Below, in pieces: positions 11,272 to 30,986 of a stretch of DNA of 64,000 nucleotides. The first letter of the stretch is position 1. Each line of letters opens with the position of its first letter. The notes under the pieces are model-generated. The model searched no databases. It saw only the letters and a list, made by a program, of their open reading frames with translations, and was not told where the DNA came from. Source of the DNA: the human T2T-CHM13v2.0 reference genome, Homo sapiens; NCBI RefSeq assembly GCF_009914755.1, contig NC_060927.1, one strand, 5' to 3'. A program made the position numbers and the translations under genes.

Positions 11272-12288
11272 ATGGGGAAAAAACAGAACAGAAATACTGA
11301 AAATTCTAAAAATCAGAGAACCTCTCCTCCTCCTAAAGAACGCAGCTCCTCACCAGCAACAGAACAAAGCTGGATGCAGAATGACTTTGACAAGTTGAGA
11401 GAAGAAGGCTTCAGACCATCAACCTTCTCCGAGCTAAAGGAGGAAGTTCGAACCCATGGCAAAGAAGTTAAAAACCTTAAAAAAAGATTAGAAGAATGGC
11501 TAACTGGAATAACCAATGCAGAGAAGTCCTTAAAGGACCTGATGGAGCTGAAAACCATGGCACGAGAACTACGTGATGAAAGCACAAGCTTCAGTAGCCA
11601 ATTCGATCAACTGGAAGAAAGGGTATCAGTGATTGAAGATAAAATGAATGAAATGAAGCAAGAAGAGAAGTTTAGAGTAAAAAGAATAAAAAGAAACAAA
11701 CAAAGCCTCCAAGAAATATGGGACTATGTGAAAAGACCAAATCTACGTCTGATTGGTGTACCTGAAAGTGACGGGGAGAATGGAACCAAGTTGGAAAACA
11801 CTCTGCAGGATATTATCCAGGAGAACTTCCCCAATCGAGCAAGGCAGGCCAACATTCAAATTCAGGAAATACAGAGAATGCCACAATGGTATTCCTCAAG
11901 AAGAGCAACTCCAAGACACATAATTGTCAGATTCACCAAAGTTGAAATGAAGGAAAAAATGTTAAGGGCAGCCAGAGAGAAAGGCCGGGTTACCCACAAA
12001 GGGAAGCCCATCAGAATAACAGCTGATCTCTCAGCAGAAACTCTACAAGCCAGAAGAGAGTGGGGGCCAATATTCAACATTCTTAAAGAAAAGAATTTTC
12101 AACCCAGAATTTCATATCCAGGCAAACTAAGCTTCATAAGTGAAGGAGAAATAAAATCCTTTACAGACAAGCAAATGCTGAGAGATTTTGTCACCACCAG
12201 GCCTACCCAACAAGAGCTCCTGAAGGAAGCACTAAACATGGAAAGGAACAACCAGTACCAGCCACTGCAAAAACATGCCAAATTTTAA
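11272..12288 (+). CDS. L1 ORF1p, uninterrupted 338 aa
   Basis: MGKKQNRNTENSK...QPLQKHAKF; coiled coil, RRM and CTD with REKG and ARR motifs intact, YPAKLS changed to YPGKLS; in-frame upstream ATG at 11005. Confidence 0.9.
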   Translation: MGKKQNRNTENSKNQRTSPPPKERSSSPATEQSWMQNDFDKLREEGFRPSTFSELKEEVRTHGKEVKNLKKRLEEWLTGITNAEKSLKDLMELKTMARELRDESTSFSSQFDQLEERVSVIEDKMNEMKQEEKFRVKRIKRNKQSLQEIWDYVKRPNLRLIGVPESDGENGTKLENTLQDIIQENFPNRARQANIQIQEIQRMPQWYSSRRATPRHIIVRFTKVEMKEKMLRAAREKGRVTHKGKPIRITADLSAETLQARREWGPIFNILKEKNFQPRISYPGKLSFISEGEIKSFTDKQMLRDFVTTRPTQQELLKEALNMERNNQYQPLQKHAKF

Positions 12289-12351
12289 AGACCATTGATG
12301 CTAGGAAGAAACTGCATCAACTAACGAACAAAATAACCAGCTAACATCATA

Positions 12352-16147
<3,796 letters not shown>

Positions 16148-18416
16148 ACAATGAGAAAACTTGGTCACAGGAAGGGGAACATCACACACTGGGGCCTGTT
16201 GTAGGGTGGCGGGAGGGGGAGGGGGAGGGATAGCATTAGGAGATACACCAAATGTAAATGACGAGTTAATGGGTACAGCACACCAACATGGCACACATAC
16301 ACATGTGTAACAAACCTGCATATTGTGCACATGTACCCTAGAACTTAAAGTATAATTATATATATATATATATAAAAATTCTGAGCACTATACAAAAACC
16401 TTCCTTGACAAAGAAACAGAGGTTATGCTGAATTGTGAAAAATTTTGATCGTGATAATTGGGAGTACCCCTTGACATTTTTTCAAAAATTTAAGTTGAAA
16501 AACTAAAAATATAACTTTTCAATGTTTCTCTGCTCCCATTTACCTCCAAACTGGCAATTGATTGCCCTTACATCTGAATACACAGCTGGGTCTTGAAGTA
16601 GCATTAGGAAAATAGAATTTCCAGTAGAAAGCCTGAGTCTACCCACAGACGGGGTATTGACCAGAAATATAAGGGCAAAGTAATTCCATTACTTTCAGTA
16701 GAGTTTAACCTATAATCTTCACCCAAGCATATAGGCACCTCAGAATAAGAGAAAGAACTTATAAAAAAATTGATTGTGTTACCCCCCAAAAAGAGAAAGC
16801 CAGCAGCTGGTTTTGGGGAGGGCTAAAATCTGTTTCTGTCAGCACAGGAACTACCATCTTGGAACCGTGAAAGAAATGAAAATCAAGGCGAAAGTTAAGT
16901 ACTTTTTTCCGATGACCTGGTGTAATGATTAAAATGCTGAATTGCTTTTTTAAAAGGTTTTTCCACTGAAAGAAAGAATGTCAGAGCCTTCCCCCTGACT
17001 CAACCTCTGCTCCCTTCTTCCCAAATGACTGTGAAAGAAAATAAAATGGAATATATATTTAAATATTTTTTTCTTCATAAACAATTCGATCTCTTTTATC
17101 TGAAAGTTTTGCCAATGTTTTCATCAGTTCCCTCAGAGATGGCTGTGATTCCACTTTTTCTTTGAACAAAGAATAAATTGAGTTTCTTTGCAGTGAAAAA
17201 TAGAAGGCTTGCTAAAAGCACTGACTTCAAAATAGTGCTTATTGCACATTTAGAGAAAGCATATTGAAAAACAGTGCTCATGCCGCCTTTACCGAGAAGC
17301 CCGCTTTGGCTTACATTAAGCTGCCAGCATCTTCTGGAAAAAACAAACAAACAAACAAAAAAACCTTGGCGATATGCTAAGCTAGAGACGGTGTTGGTAT
17401 TTTCCTTTGAAAATACCTCTGTTTCTCAGTCATTTATTTGTGCCTCCATTAGCAATTTATTTTTAATTCTGCATTCTATGGAAAAAGCATATTGCTGGAA
17501 AACAGGCACATCTTACATGCATATGCCTGACATTTTAAAAAATGAATGTAACGCCCTCCACGCTCAAAATAAACAAGCTGTTTTTCCCTTTCCCCACACA
17601 ATATTTATGAACCTCCAGGAGATTGCTAATGCATTTAACACCGCCAGCACACTAGTCCTTGCCATGTGACTCCTTTGTTCTTTTGAAAGAACTGTGTCCC
17701 TGGCTCCCAGAGTCCCACCCTGACTTCCCAGGATCAGGAGTCACTGGCCATCAGGTAGGTGACCTTCTCCTGGTGACCTGTTGGATTCAGAACAGCAATA
17801 TTTCAAAGTTAACCCAAGAAAATTCTTGAAGCTTGCATATTTCCAATGAACAGTAGTGTTTACTTTTTCGATAGTGTTAATCTGCCTTCTCTACGTTCTG
17901 CACATTAAAGAATAGTTAAAATCATCAGGCAGATCTGAGATGAGTCCCTATTCCATTATTCTCTGAAATCCCGGGCAAGAAACTTTACTGAGTCTTAGCT
18001 TACTCATCCATATTTAAAATTTATACTGAAATTTATATGTATACACACACCTACATTAAAAAGTTATTTGTAGGGATTCATGAGAAAATGCTTGTAGAGT
18101 GCTTAGCACAGGGCTGGACTTGCTAATAATTATTATTTGCTAAACCAGTGATTAGATAACATTATTGACATTTATAAATAACTTCACATTTTACAAAGCT
18201 GCTATCCTGAACAGCATGTGAAAAGCAATTGGTGTCCACATTAATATTGTTTTTCTTTAAATGTCATTTTAATACTACAGATCAATTACCTGGGCTAGAT
18301 GTCTTAGCCTATTCCAAAATAGATAGACTGTAACCAATCCTATTTCCTCCAGGGTCCCGACCTACTGGGCGGTCGTGATGTTCTAAAGAAAGATGGCCAC
18401 TGCTATAAATATTAAG

Positions 18417-18763
18417 TGCTATGGTTTGAATGACCCTGTAAAACTCATGTTGAAATTTAATTGCCAATGTAACAGTATTTAAGAGGTGATTAGGCCATGA
18501 GGGCTCTGCTTTCATTAATGGATTAATGCTGTTGGCACGGAGTGGGTTTCTGATAAAAAGGATGAGTTCAGCCCAATTTCCTTTCTCTGCCTCCTGTGCT
18601 TGCTTGCCCTTCTACTGTGTTTTGATACAGTAAGAAAGGCCCCACTAGATGCTCACGCCATGCTGTTGGACTCCACAGCTTCCAAAACTGTGAGAAATCA
18701 ATGTCTTGTCTTATAAATTACCCAATCTGTGGTACTGTGCTATAGCAGCAGAAAACTAAGACA
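18417..18763 (+). mobile_element. MaLR solo LTR (MST family)
   Basis: TGCTATGGTTTGAAT...AAAACTCATGTTGAAATTTAA...ATAAATTACCCAATCTGTGG...CTAAGACA. Confidence 0.85.
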
Positions 18764-18924
18764 CTAACTTTGGGTTGAGTCTTAGGAACTCAAGCCACTG
18801 TAAAAAAAAAAAAAAAAAAAAAAAAAACATTTTCTTCTAGTAATTAAAACAAAAAAAATCTGCTAAGCAAATTTTTTATTTATTTAGCTTGGATTAACTT
18901 AAAGTACGTTTTCAAGTTGAGTGC

Positions 18925-20190
18925 TAGTATTTCTTCAATTCCAGAAAAGTATAAGCCTTATCTTTTTGAAAATTGCTTTCCCCTACATTCTTTTTTGGAG
19001 CTTCTGTGAAATATAGATCTGAACTTTTCCATCTGTCCCAGTTGGTCTTCATCTGTATTGCATTCTGAATGTTTTCCTCAAATTCAGTTAGCCAATTTTT
19101 TTTAGGTGTATCTGATATGTTGTTCAACATGCTGATTGAGGTCGTAAATTTAATGATTGCAGTCATCTCTTAGTATACCCAGGGATTGGTTCCAGGACTC
19201 TCTTGTATACCAAATTTCGTGCATACGAAGTTTGCACGTTGGCCCTTTGGAAGCTGCATACACAAAAAGTCAGCCTGCCATATAAGTGGGTTTCTCATCT
19301 CACCAACACTGCATTTTCTATCTGCATTGGGTTGCAAAAAATCTGCCTATAACTGGAACTATGCAGTTCAAACTCATGTTGTTCAAGGGTCAACTGTATA
19401 TAACGTATTCCCAATTATTTGGTTCTCTTTTAAATTTTTATGATCTTTAAAAAATAATGTCTTGTTCTTTCACTAGGGTTTCTATGACGTCTTTATCTTT
19501 GATGCTTTTGAACACATTGATTTTATACTTTCAATTAAACTATTACCTCTAGTTCTTGAGGTACTAATTTCCTGTTATACAGCTGGTTCTCCCTCATGGT
19601 TCTGTGTTTTCCTGGGCAGATCATCTTATTTTTTAAAAATTAGGCTTATCATTGGAGATGGGGGGTGGGAACTTCTTTGCAAGTTCTTTATGTCCTGGAT
19701 TATAAAAATATTCCTGTGGACCAGTTAAACACTTGATTCTCCTGCACTTTTCTATATTTATGTTTATGTTCATTTCTCAGCTTGAGATTCTCATTTCATA
19801 GGTTAATTTGGACCCTACATCTGATCATGTGATTTAGTCTGTGGGTTTTACTCTTTCTATGTGTAACTATTTCTCCACCTATAACTCCCTTATAGTTTTA
19901 TATGGTGCAATATTAGGCCAACAGGGTAATTTTTCTAGTCTTTTACTCATAGAAAGAAGAATATTTGAAGGCTCCAGTATTTTTGTTTTGGGCTTACTTC
20001 TAACCTCCAGCCTCTCATTATCCAAAAGGTCACCATGGCATCATGTCTATTTAGATTTTGTGGCCCTCTTTGTTTCTAGACATCTGGGGATCCCTTGCAA
20101 GCTCTACTATGTATATACTTGTTTTGTTGTTTTTACGTTTCACCCTTCTATTCCTCGTGCAACAGGAGGATCGGTTCAGTGCACTGAGTT
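18925..20190 (-). mobile_element. Ancient L1M ORF1/5' region fragment, interrupted by MER8
   Basis: T-rich plus strand; minus-strand ORF 18924..19166 resembles degenerate ORF1p; right boundary uncertain. Confidence 0.5.
19160..19396 (-). mobile_element. MER8 (TcMar-Tigger MITE)
   Basis: ~237 bp; ends CAGTCATCTCTTAGTATAC...GGATTGGTTCCAGGAC and CATGTTGTTCAAGGGTCAACTG followed by TA. Confidence 0.85.
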
Positions 20191-21087
20191 GACCTAAGCA
20201 TCTTTTCTTAGAGAGCACTTCTCACTACTGTATATCACTTAGGTCTGCCTGCCTATAACTCAGCAAAATTGCCCACTCAAAGCACTGAGACCAGAACCAA
20301 TTTAATGCCTTGATTACAACTCTGGACCTTTTGGTGAAGCAATGCTTCCCATTTTATTTAATGAGTTGTCTTGAATTCTAGGTTTATTTTGTTGAAAAAC
20401 CCTAGATGTTTGATCATTTAAAAATACAAAAAACAATTTCTCACAAGGATGCCTTTTTACCTGAAGGATAAACTGGGAGGCATTTCTTTCTGCAAACCAG
20501 CTCCAGATGATCTCAGCATCTAAAGAAATTTAAAAAGTTGTTTTCCCCCTAATTTAATCAGCATTACAAGCCAGTGATGGTGTTTTCAGCAATAAATAGA
20601 TCATCTCACTACTGGCCTAATGTTTTCAGAGAGTATCCTAGGTGATGCATAAATTATGAAATTGTTATGAAAACTTTGACTAGAAGGGCTTAACCCCTTT
20701 CTTATTGATGAGGTGATATCCAGGCATTTTTATTGTCCTTAAACTATAGAAATATAATTTGGGCTCTAGAAGTGTTCTGTTGTAACAAAAATGAAATAAT
20801 CCAAACTTTTTCCCTCTCTTAATAAAAATTCCCCATGACCTGAAATAGTCACATTTCCCTATGGTGGAACTAGCATGAAGGTCAAGAGTTAGAACCTGAG
20901 AGATGGTGTGGGAGGGAGTGAGGCAGGTAGAGAAAGAAAGATGGGTTTAGGTCTTTTGTCTAGCTCATAGTACAGTACGGCCAGGACTAGGGTAAAGCAA
21001 ATGAGATCCTTGCCCTGGGCAGGAAATGCAAAGCAAGTCTAGGAAACTTAGTAATTATTATAGTATTTTAAATTAATATTAAAAATA

Positions 21088-21205
21088 TGTTAATTCACTT
21101 GATTCAATCATTCCATAATGTATGAATATATCAAAACATCACATTGTGCTTTATAAATGTAATACAATTATGATTTGTCAGTTAAATAGTATTAATAAAA
21201 ATAAA
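21088..21205 (+). mobile_element. L1MA extreme 3' end fragment
   Basis: AATCATTCCATAATGTATGAATATATCAAAACATCACATTGT...TACAATTATGATTTGTCAGTTAAA. Confidence 0.7.
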
Positions 21206-21365
21206 TTTAAAATTAATAAAACAATATTTTAAAAAATCAAATTGGCAAACTGTGAGCCATGGACTGTCACCTGCTTGGGTAAATAAGATTTTATAGGAAC
21301 CAGGGCTGCATCATGATGAGGTAAATGAGACAGAGTTGTCCAAATGCAGGGTCAATGAGGTATAA

Positions 21366-21628
21366 CAGTTGTCCCTTATTATCTGCTGGGGATTGGTTCC
21401 AGGACCCCCACAGACACCAAAATCCTGTGATGCTCAAAACCCTTACATAAAATGGCATAGTATTTGCACACAACCTATGCACATTCTTGTATATACTTTA
21501 AATCATCTCTAGATTACTTATAATACCTAACAGAATGTAAATTCTATGGTTAGATTGTAATTTTTATAATTTTTTTCTTGCTGTTATTGTTTTTTTCTGA
21601 ATACGTTCAATGCATGGAGGGCCATCTG
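21366..21628. mobile_element. MER2 (TcMar-Tigger)
   Basis: CAGTTGTCCCTT...GGGGATTGGTTCCAGGACCCCC...CATGGAGGGCCATCTG followed by TA. Confidence 0.85.
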
Positions 21629-22011
21629 TAGTGTCCTTATTTAAAATTTGATATTTTGTTCATCATTGGATTTTTGCATTGCTTTTGATTTTTTAAGTCA
21701 TTGCCTTAAAAATATCATTTATCTCGACTACCCCCTTAAATTTTGTGCCCAAGAGGAGTGCCTCACTTACGTCACCCTGTTCCTAGCCCTGAGATGGGAA
21801 GATATCACAGAGAAATGGTGATGTCTGAGCTGTTACAGTTGCATATACAAGCATCATAGCAACATTCTGGGATGTATGATCTTCATCAGGGTGTTTAACT
21901 CTTGGTTTTCCCACCATGAGATGGGGGCAGTAAAAGTACTTACTTTACAGGGTTATACTGAGGATTAATTGTAGACTGCTCAGCACAGTGCCCAGTACAC
22001 TGGTTCAGTAA

Positions 22012-22378
22012 GTATCTTAGTCCATTCAGATTGCAATAACAAACTACCATATACCGGGTGGCTAATAAACAACAGAAATTTATATTCTTGTAGTTCTAGA
22101 GGCTGGAAGTCTAAGTTCAAAGCGCTGGTAGATTCAGTGTCAGGAGAGGACCCACTTCCTTGTTCATAGATAGCATCGTCTTGCTGTCTTCTTATATGCC
22201 AGAAGGGTCAAGGCAGCTTTCTAGGGCCTCTTTTATACAGGGAATAATTCCATTAATGAGGGTTCTTTCTGCATGACCAATCACCTCCCAAAGATCCTAC
22301 CTCCAAATACCATCACATTGGAGATTAGGTTTCAACATATGAATTGGTGGAGTGGGGCAAACATTTAGTTTATGGCAG
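22012..22378 (-). mobile_element. MaLR solo LTR (MLT1A-like)
   Basis: TCTTAGTCCATTCAG...AAACAACAGAAATTTAT...GGCTGGAAGTC...CACCTCCCAAAG...TTTCAACATATGAATT. Confidence 0.85.
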
Positions 22379-22967
22379 TGAGCATAAGTTAGTAGCAGCA
22401 ATAATAGAAATGAAAGATAAGTTTTTAAAGCTCTAAGCAAAGGCAGATTGGTTAGGGCCTTGATTAAGATTTTTTTGTTATAGTAAAATATGTATAACGT
22501 AAAAGTTATTTTAATGATTTTAAAGTATACAGTTCTGTGATGTAAGTACATTCACATTTTTCTGCAGTCATCACCATCGTCCATCTCTAGAACTTCCAAA
22601 AATGTCAAACTCTATCCAGGAAGCTTTTAAAGGACCACTGGAGGTTGTGGAGCAGGAACCTGGCCTAAAGAAGCATGTGGCTAAAATGAATCTGAGAAAA
22701 GCATCTAGATGATACAGAGGAAGACAGGAGGCGGGAAACAGGAGGGTCCCACAGTGGTCTGAGTAGGAGGTGGTGGGCTTTGACTAGGAAGGTGACAAAA
22801 GAGGTAAGGAAGAAGAACAGAAAATGGAACCTCATTAGACAAGAAGGGAAGAATGGAAAGGAATCAAATGGGTGAGGTGATATTTTGAAACAGAATACAA
22901 TTAACTGAAAAGTTCCATTAGGCATAGAAACAGTAGAGCTGGGGGTCAGACAGCTGCTTCTCTTGCA

Positions 22968-23637
22968 AAGTGGTCTGCTGCCACCGGCTCCTGCTGGCAG
23001 AGCTGATTCTTTAATTTTCAGAAATGTTATGAGCCTACTGTTAAACATTGCCATAATTAAAAATTAAATTAAACTTAAAATTAAATAAATTACATTAGAA
23101 ACAAAGGTTATAACTGAATACCCATCACTCCTTAATTACTTTACTACATTTCACTATTATCTCTGCTTCTGAAGTTATTTAAATCTATCCTATCTGTATA
23201 GTAAAATACCATATAACAGCATGCTACTGCCCATATCTTCTCACTGCCACATTCATTGACATCCTTTTGGTAACCTGAAACTGGCTGAGGTGGGAGTATT
23301 TACACCAGGAAATTGGCAAGGGCCGCAAATTAGGGCTTGATTCTTTGTTGTCTATCGCAATGTTGATAATGCACTTAAAAGTGTGTTGCATCTGTAGCTA
23401 TTATACTAAAACTGTATGTTAAATCAAGGTCGAATGGCTAAGAAATTATAATGAGTTCAGCAAAAAACGAAAGCAGTCTGAGAAAATCAATTGGAACTTA
23501 CAGAATATTGTATATTTTGTTATTTATAACTTACATGATATATGTCCTTTTATCAGTAAAATTTGTAATAAACTTATATTTGTATAAATGCATACTGTTG
23601 GGGAGTCAATTGTTGAACATTTACTAGTACACCACTG
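22968..23637. mobile_element. MER63 family hAT-Blackjack element
   Basis: Termini AGTGGTCTGCTG / TTACTAGTACACCACTG; internal GTGGGAGTATTTACACCAGGAAATTGGCAA. Confidence 0.75.
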
Positions 23638-23674
23638 ACCATACTTTTCTCTGATAAAGAGATTTATTGTATAA

Positions 23675-26253
<2,579 letters not shown>

Positions 26254-26449
26254 AACATGTGTTTATTATTATATCCACCTTAAAGCTGTCTTTGCAAAAG
26301 ACAAATTGACTCGTTCCCTGGTCAAAATGAAAAACTGGACACCTCCTCTACCTAATAAACACTGTAATGGTTTTTCTGTAGGCAAACCACAGCAATTGAT
26401 TGAAATTGACAGAAAAATGATTATTTTTCACTGTAATCGCTAGCCTTAG

Positions 26450-26650
26450 TTAACATCTTTTGAGCACCGCTATGTACCAGGCACTATGCAATGTGTTTTA
26501 TTCATATTTCAATCCTCGCTCCCCTATGCAAAGTAGGTCCTCATGTTATCCCCATTTTATAGATGGAAATATCAAGGTTGTATAATTAGTAAGTGGTAAG
26601 GTGGGGATTTGAAGGCGACCTTTCTGATTCTTTCTGATCTCTTCATTGTG
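26450..26650 (-). mobile_element. MIR SINE
   Basis: TGAGCACCGCTATGTACCAGGCACT...TTATCCCCATTTTATAGATGGAAA. Confidence 0.75.
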
Positions 26651-28403
26651 ATACATTCTCTACTATGTTGTCTCCAACTGTTTATATGGAGGTAAAATCT
26701 TCACTTCAAAAAACATCATATATTCCAGGCAATAGTTATTGATCAACTACTACATTCACTGTGCTGTGCTGGGTAATCACAGGAAATTTCTCAGGACAGT
26801 CACCTGAGAAGTATACAAAGTGGCCTCTGACTCCCAGGAATCCATTCTGTTTACAAGGGTGCTTATATAATCAAGTGTCCATGTGTCATCACTAGCAAGT
26901 CCACTTCCACAGTTGGAAGATTGACTTCCCAAACAAGCTGCACTCAGCTGATCCTGGTTGGCTTCACTTGCTCCAAGGCCCAGACCCTCTTGTCTCAAGT
27001 GTCTTATACTCATCCCCTAAATCTCCCTTGAAGAATTCATGTGCTTCTCCTCCCACTCAGTGCTTTCTAAGGAAGTTAAATGATGATGCAGAAATCAAGC
27101 AGCAGGTACCTCCAGCCAGGAGGTCCTTACTGGTTGCACAATTACGTTTAGTTACAGAACCTTTGAGGAGTCTCCTATCAAAATTTTGTGTTGCTGTGTG
27201 TGCTGTCAGCTGATTCACCTGAGATAGGTCCAAAATGAGAAATTTCAAGGGCTGTTGAGCACTGTTGTTTTCCAAGCTGATTAGTACAAAAGCATTCAAC
27301 ATTGGAGTCTTGGAATCCTAGATACATTGGAAGAAATTTTTCAGCACTGGATGGTCCTAAAACTTCCCCTTACCCCAAAATTCCAAGGCAAGTCCAAATT
27401 CACAAATACCTCACGAACAAATGGCAGAAACTGGGAGGTGGTCCAAGGATTCTGGTTCTCTCTCCCTATTTTCTCTTTCTTCCTGTCTCCACCTACCAAG
27501 ATAACTTCCTTGCTTCTGCTTCAAACTAGGCCACTAATTACGAGAGAAGTCAGAAATAGTGTTGATATATGTCTGTGATGTAAACAGAAGCTCAGATGAA
27601 GCAAGACAGGAAGGTATGCTAAAGATAGAAAAGAGATCCTTCTGTTCATCAGTGGCTGAAAAATAAAGATTCTAGAACATGAAAAAAACATAAATAAGCC
27701 AAATAGAAATAAACATGTATGTATGTGTGTGTAACTAAGCAAGTACACTTATAATAGCATTAATTCCTTTTGTCTCCAGAGAAAAAGAGGGAGGGACATT
27801 TGCAAACAGGAGTGCCCACTATTTAAATGTCCATGTGGTTGTTTGGAATCATGTAAATATAGGCTGATGCTTGTCTTTGAGTGGTCTATAGCCTACATTT
27901 CCAAAAATGGGAAGTAAGTTCTGTTTATGCAAAGTCGTAAGATCACCAAACATGATTGTTTTCCCATTCACCAACATCTTTGTGCCAGGCATGGAGTAAG
28001 TGCTCTGAGTACATGATCCCACTCACTCTCCCCATCAACACCTTTAGGAATGTGGTGATCATTTTACATTACAGGATGCTAACGGTGAGATAGCTCAAGT
28101 TGTTTGCCCAATGTTATGTACCTGGCACAAGGCAAGGCTGGGATTTGAGCCCAGGTCTGTCTAATTCTGGGCCCTGGGCACTTAGCCTTTCTGCAAGGGC
28201 TGAGAAAAGGGCCTGGAGACCACACAGACCTGGATTCAAATTCAAAGCCCCCTCTGTTGCCTCCTATATTACTGTAGTGTAGTGGTGGTGGTAGTTTACT
28301 TTCCCTTCTTGAGCCTCACTTTCCTTCACTGAAATAGAAGCAACCTTGTAGTGTATTGTGACAATGGGAAAGAATGTGAGCAAGGAGCTTAAAACAAGAC
28401 TTG

Positions 28404-28696
28404 GGCTGGGCTCAGTGGCTCACTTCTGTAATCCCAGCACTTTGGGAGGCTGAGGTGGGCAGATCACGAGGTCAGGAGTTCGAGACCAGCCTGGACAACA
28501 TGGTGAAACACCGTCTCTACTAAAAATACAAAAATTAGCAGGGCATGGTGGCACATGCCTGTAGTCCTAGCTACTCAGGAGGGTGAAGCAGGAGAATCAC
28601 TTGAACCCAGGAGGCGGAGGTTGCAGTGAGCCAAGATCATGCCATTGCACTCCGGCCTGCATGACAGACTGAGACTCTGTCTCAAAAACAAACAAA
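28404..28696 (+). mobile_element. AluS (Sg-like)
   Basis: Full dimer, GATCACGAGGTCAGGAGTTCGAGACC, AAAC-type tail; inserted in a MIR. Confidence 0.95.
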
Positions 28697-30094
28697 GAAG
28701 ACCTGGCAGATAGCTAACATTCGGTAACTAGCAATTGTGATTCGTGTAACTAATTCTGCTGTGAAATGGTGCCTGATCTTCAATAGGCAAACTTTACACA
28801 TAAGTAAAGAGAGAGTTATTTTAAAAAACCCAATTCATCTGACATCCATTTGTTTATTCGTTTGTTTAGCTATTCAACAAATATTCATTAAGCATCCACC
28901 CTGGCATGAGTTGTTTTCCTTGGTGCTTTATGTGTTGCTTAAAAAAATAAGACGACAATCACCTGAAAACCACACCATGCAGTAGGTGTGATGTCTGAGC
29001 CTTCACCATCTCAACTTCTCACACCTTCTTTTGTATTTCAGGCACTGGGCTAGGCTCAAGGATGGACTGAAGGCACTTCCTGCCATGTCAGGGATGAGGG
29101 GCTCATGGTCTGGCCAGAGGCAGCAGGCAGCATTGCAAGGAGTGTGGGCAGAATGTTCGAAGGAGAGGGAGAGATTGCACATACACAAGACTGCACCTCG
29201 GAGATAACTTTTGAAGGTGTTTCGGGTGTGAGAGGAGGCGTGACAGGCCTAGGGAGCAGTGAGAAACCCAGCTTAGTTGAAGCATCAGGTGCAAGGCAGC
29301 TTGGGGGTGGAGTGTCCATTTACCCTTTGGAATACAGTCTTCCTGTTGGCATGGCAACTGCTGCAAAATAAATTCAAGGTGGTACTTCAAATGATGCCTC
29401 TGAGACTGTCCAGGAGTCATTTAAATTGCTTGTTTGTTATGTATGACAATTTGCCTAACCTCCAACCTGCAATTGTAGCTTGGCAATCTTTTGTTTATTG
29501 TGCTGATGTGCTTTCTTGCATCATCGTCTTCCTTAAACCTCTTTTTTGGTTTGTTTTTATTTTGCCCATCTAGAAAATATACGCAGGCATTGTGTTGATT
29601 TTCCCAGGCTCCCTTGAGATCGTGCAGGCCTTCCATCTCTTCATCTGATGAAAATGCTGCCAGGGTGATGTTTACAATCTCATTTTTCACCCCAGGATCC
29701 CTGCACTCAGCTGTGGTGGGAATCACAGTGTGCTCAGCCAGCCGTGTCCCTTCTTCCCATGGAATTTTTGGAATTTGGGCTGCTCATAGGGGCACAGAAG
29801 CACCAGCTACATTGCTCCTTCTATGCTGGGGAATGACAGAGTCAGTGCTCACACTATGAATGTCTCCCAGATGTACACAGCTGCCCTACAGGCCGACACC
29901 ACATGCTTGCCATCCCTGACTGACTCTAAGTACAGAATAAAAAAGAATTCATGAAAAAACAAATAAATAACTTAGGGTGCCTTTTCCCATCTGAGATTCT
30001 AAAGCAAACAAAAGTCCTGGCTTCTTAGGTCAGTGGTAGATTTGCCAAAGCAAAATAAATGTCTGAATCTCCTCTGGTTCCTGTTTCTCCTAAG

Positions 30095-30096
<2 letters not shown>

Positions 30097-30139
<43 letters not shown>
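30097..30139. repeat. (TG)21 microsatellite
   Basis: Perfect TG run. Confidence 0.98.
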
Positions 30140-30141
<2 letters not shown>

Positions 30142-30780
30142 GGAAGACAGAGACAGACAGATGGGGGCTGGGGAGGCTGGATGGAGGGAATGTGGCTTCA
30201 GCTTGTGCCAGGAGAGTTTATCTGTCTTCCCTTCTAGGGAAACTGAATATAAAATCCTTAGGCATAAAAAGAATCTTTCATATGTAGACTCCTTGGGAAT
30301 TCAATTCACACTCTTCTGTACTTTCTTTCTCACTGTTTCTTTTGAACTTGACGGAAAAAATTTCTTATGCTGTTCACTTACCTTGCTCTCAGATAAAGAA
30401 GAGAGAGAGAGCTAAGGTGCTTAAATGTCAAGGTTTGTAAAATTGGCAAACTGGCCCCATGAGGTTTGTGGTTTGAATGATGGGTCTCCATCAGGTTTGG
30501 TGACAATGATAGTGAAGGAGTCTAAGCTGGTAATGTAGCAGATGCTTTTTTGGCCCTTCCTCTGTTTCAGTCACTGTTCTGAGATCTATGTGTGCATTAA
30601 TTCATTTAATCATCCCAATGACCTTAGGAGGTAATGGTGTTATGATTGATGCTATTGTTAAATTACCTTACTTTTTTGCAGATGAGGAAACTAATGTCTG
30701 AGAGGTAAGTGTTGTGCCCGAGTTCTCATGGCTAAGAAGCACAAGAGCTTAAATTTGAATCCCTGCAGTTCGACTATAGA

Positions 30781-30986
30781 CTGTGGTTCTCAACCAAGGG
30801 CAATTTGTTCCCCCACCCTACAAGACATTTGGCCATGTCTGGAGAGATTTTAAATTGTCATGACTTGGAGGGGTACTGCTACTGGCTTCTAGTGGGTAGA
30901 GGTGAGGGATGCTGCTCGATCGTGAGCCCCGTAATCAAGAATTATCAACCCAAAATGTGACGATTGCCAAGTCTGAGAAGCCCTGC
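30781..30986. mobile_element. MER20 (hAT-Charlie)
   Basis: GTGGTTCTCAACC...GACATTTGGCCATGTCTGGAGA...CTAGTGGGTAGAGG...CTGAGAAGCCCTG. Confidence 0.85.

Larger units (their letters stand above)
20976..21791. mobile_element. MER96B-like hAT element split by two insertions
   Basis: Inverted termini GGCCAGGACTAGGGTAAAGCAAATGAG and GCCTCACTTACGTCACCCTGTTCCTAGCCCTG. Confidence 0.6.

Noticed and set aside
16195-16230. G-quadruplex-like tract (also ~26094-26115)
   Set aside because: Standard feature of the L1 3'UTR
30033-30415. ORFs with CVCVCV runs
   Set aside because: Artefact of the (TG)n microsatellite
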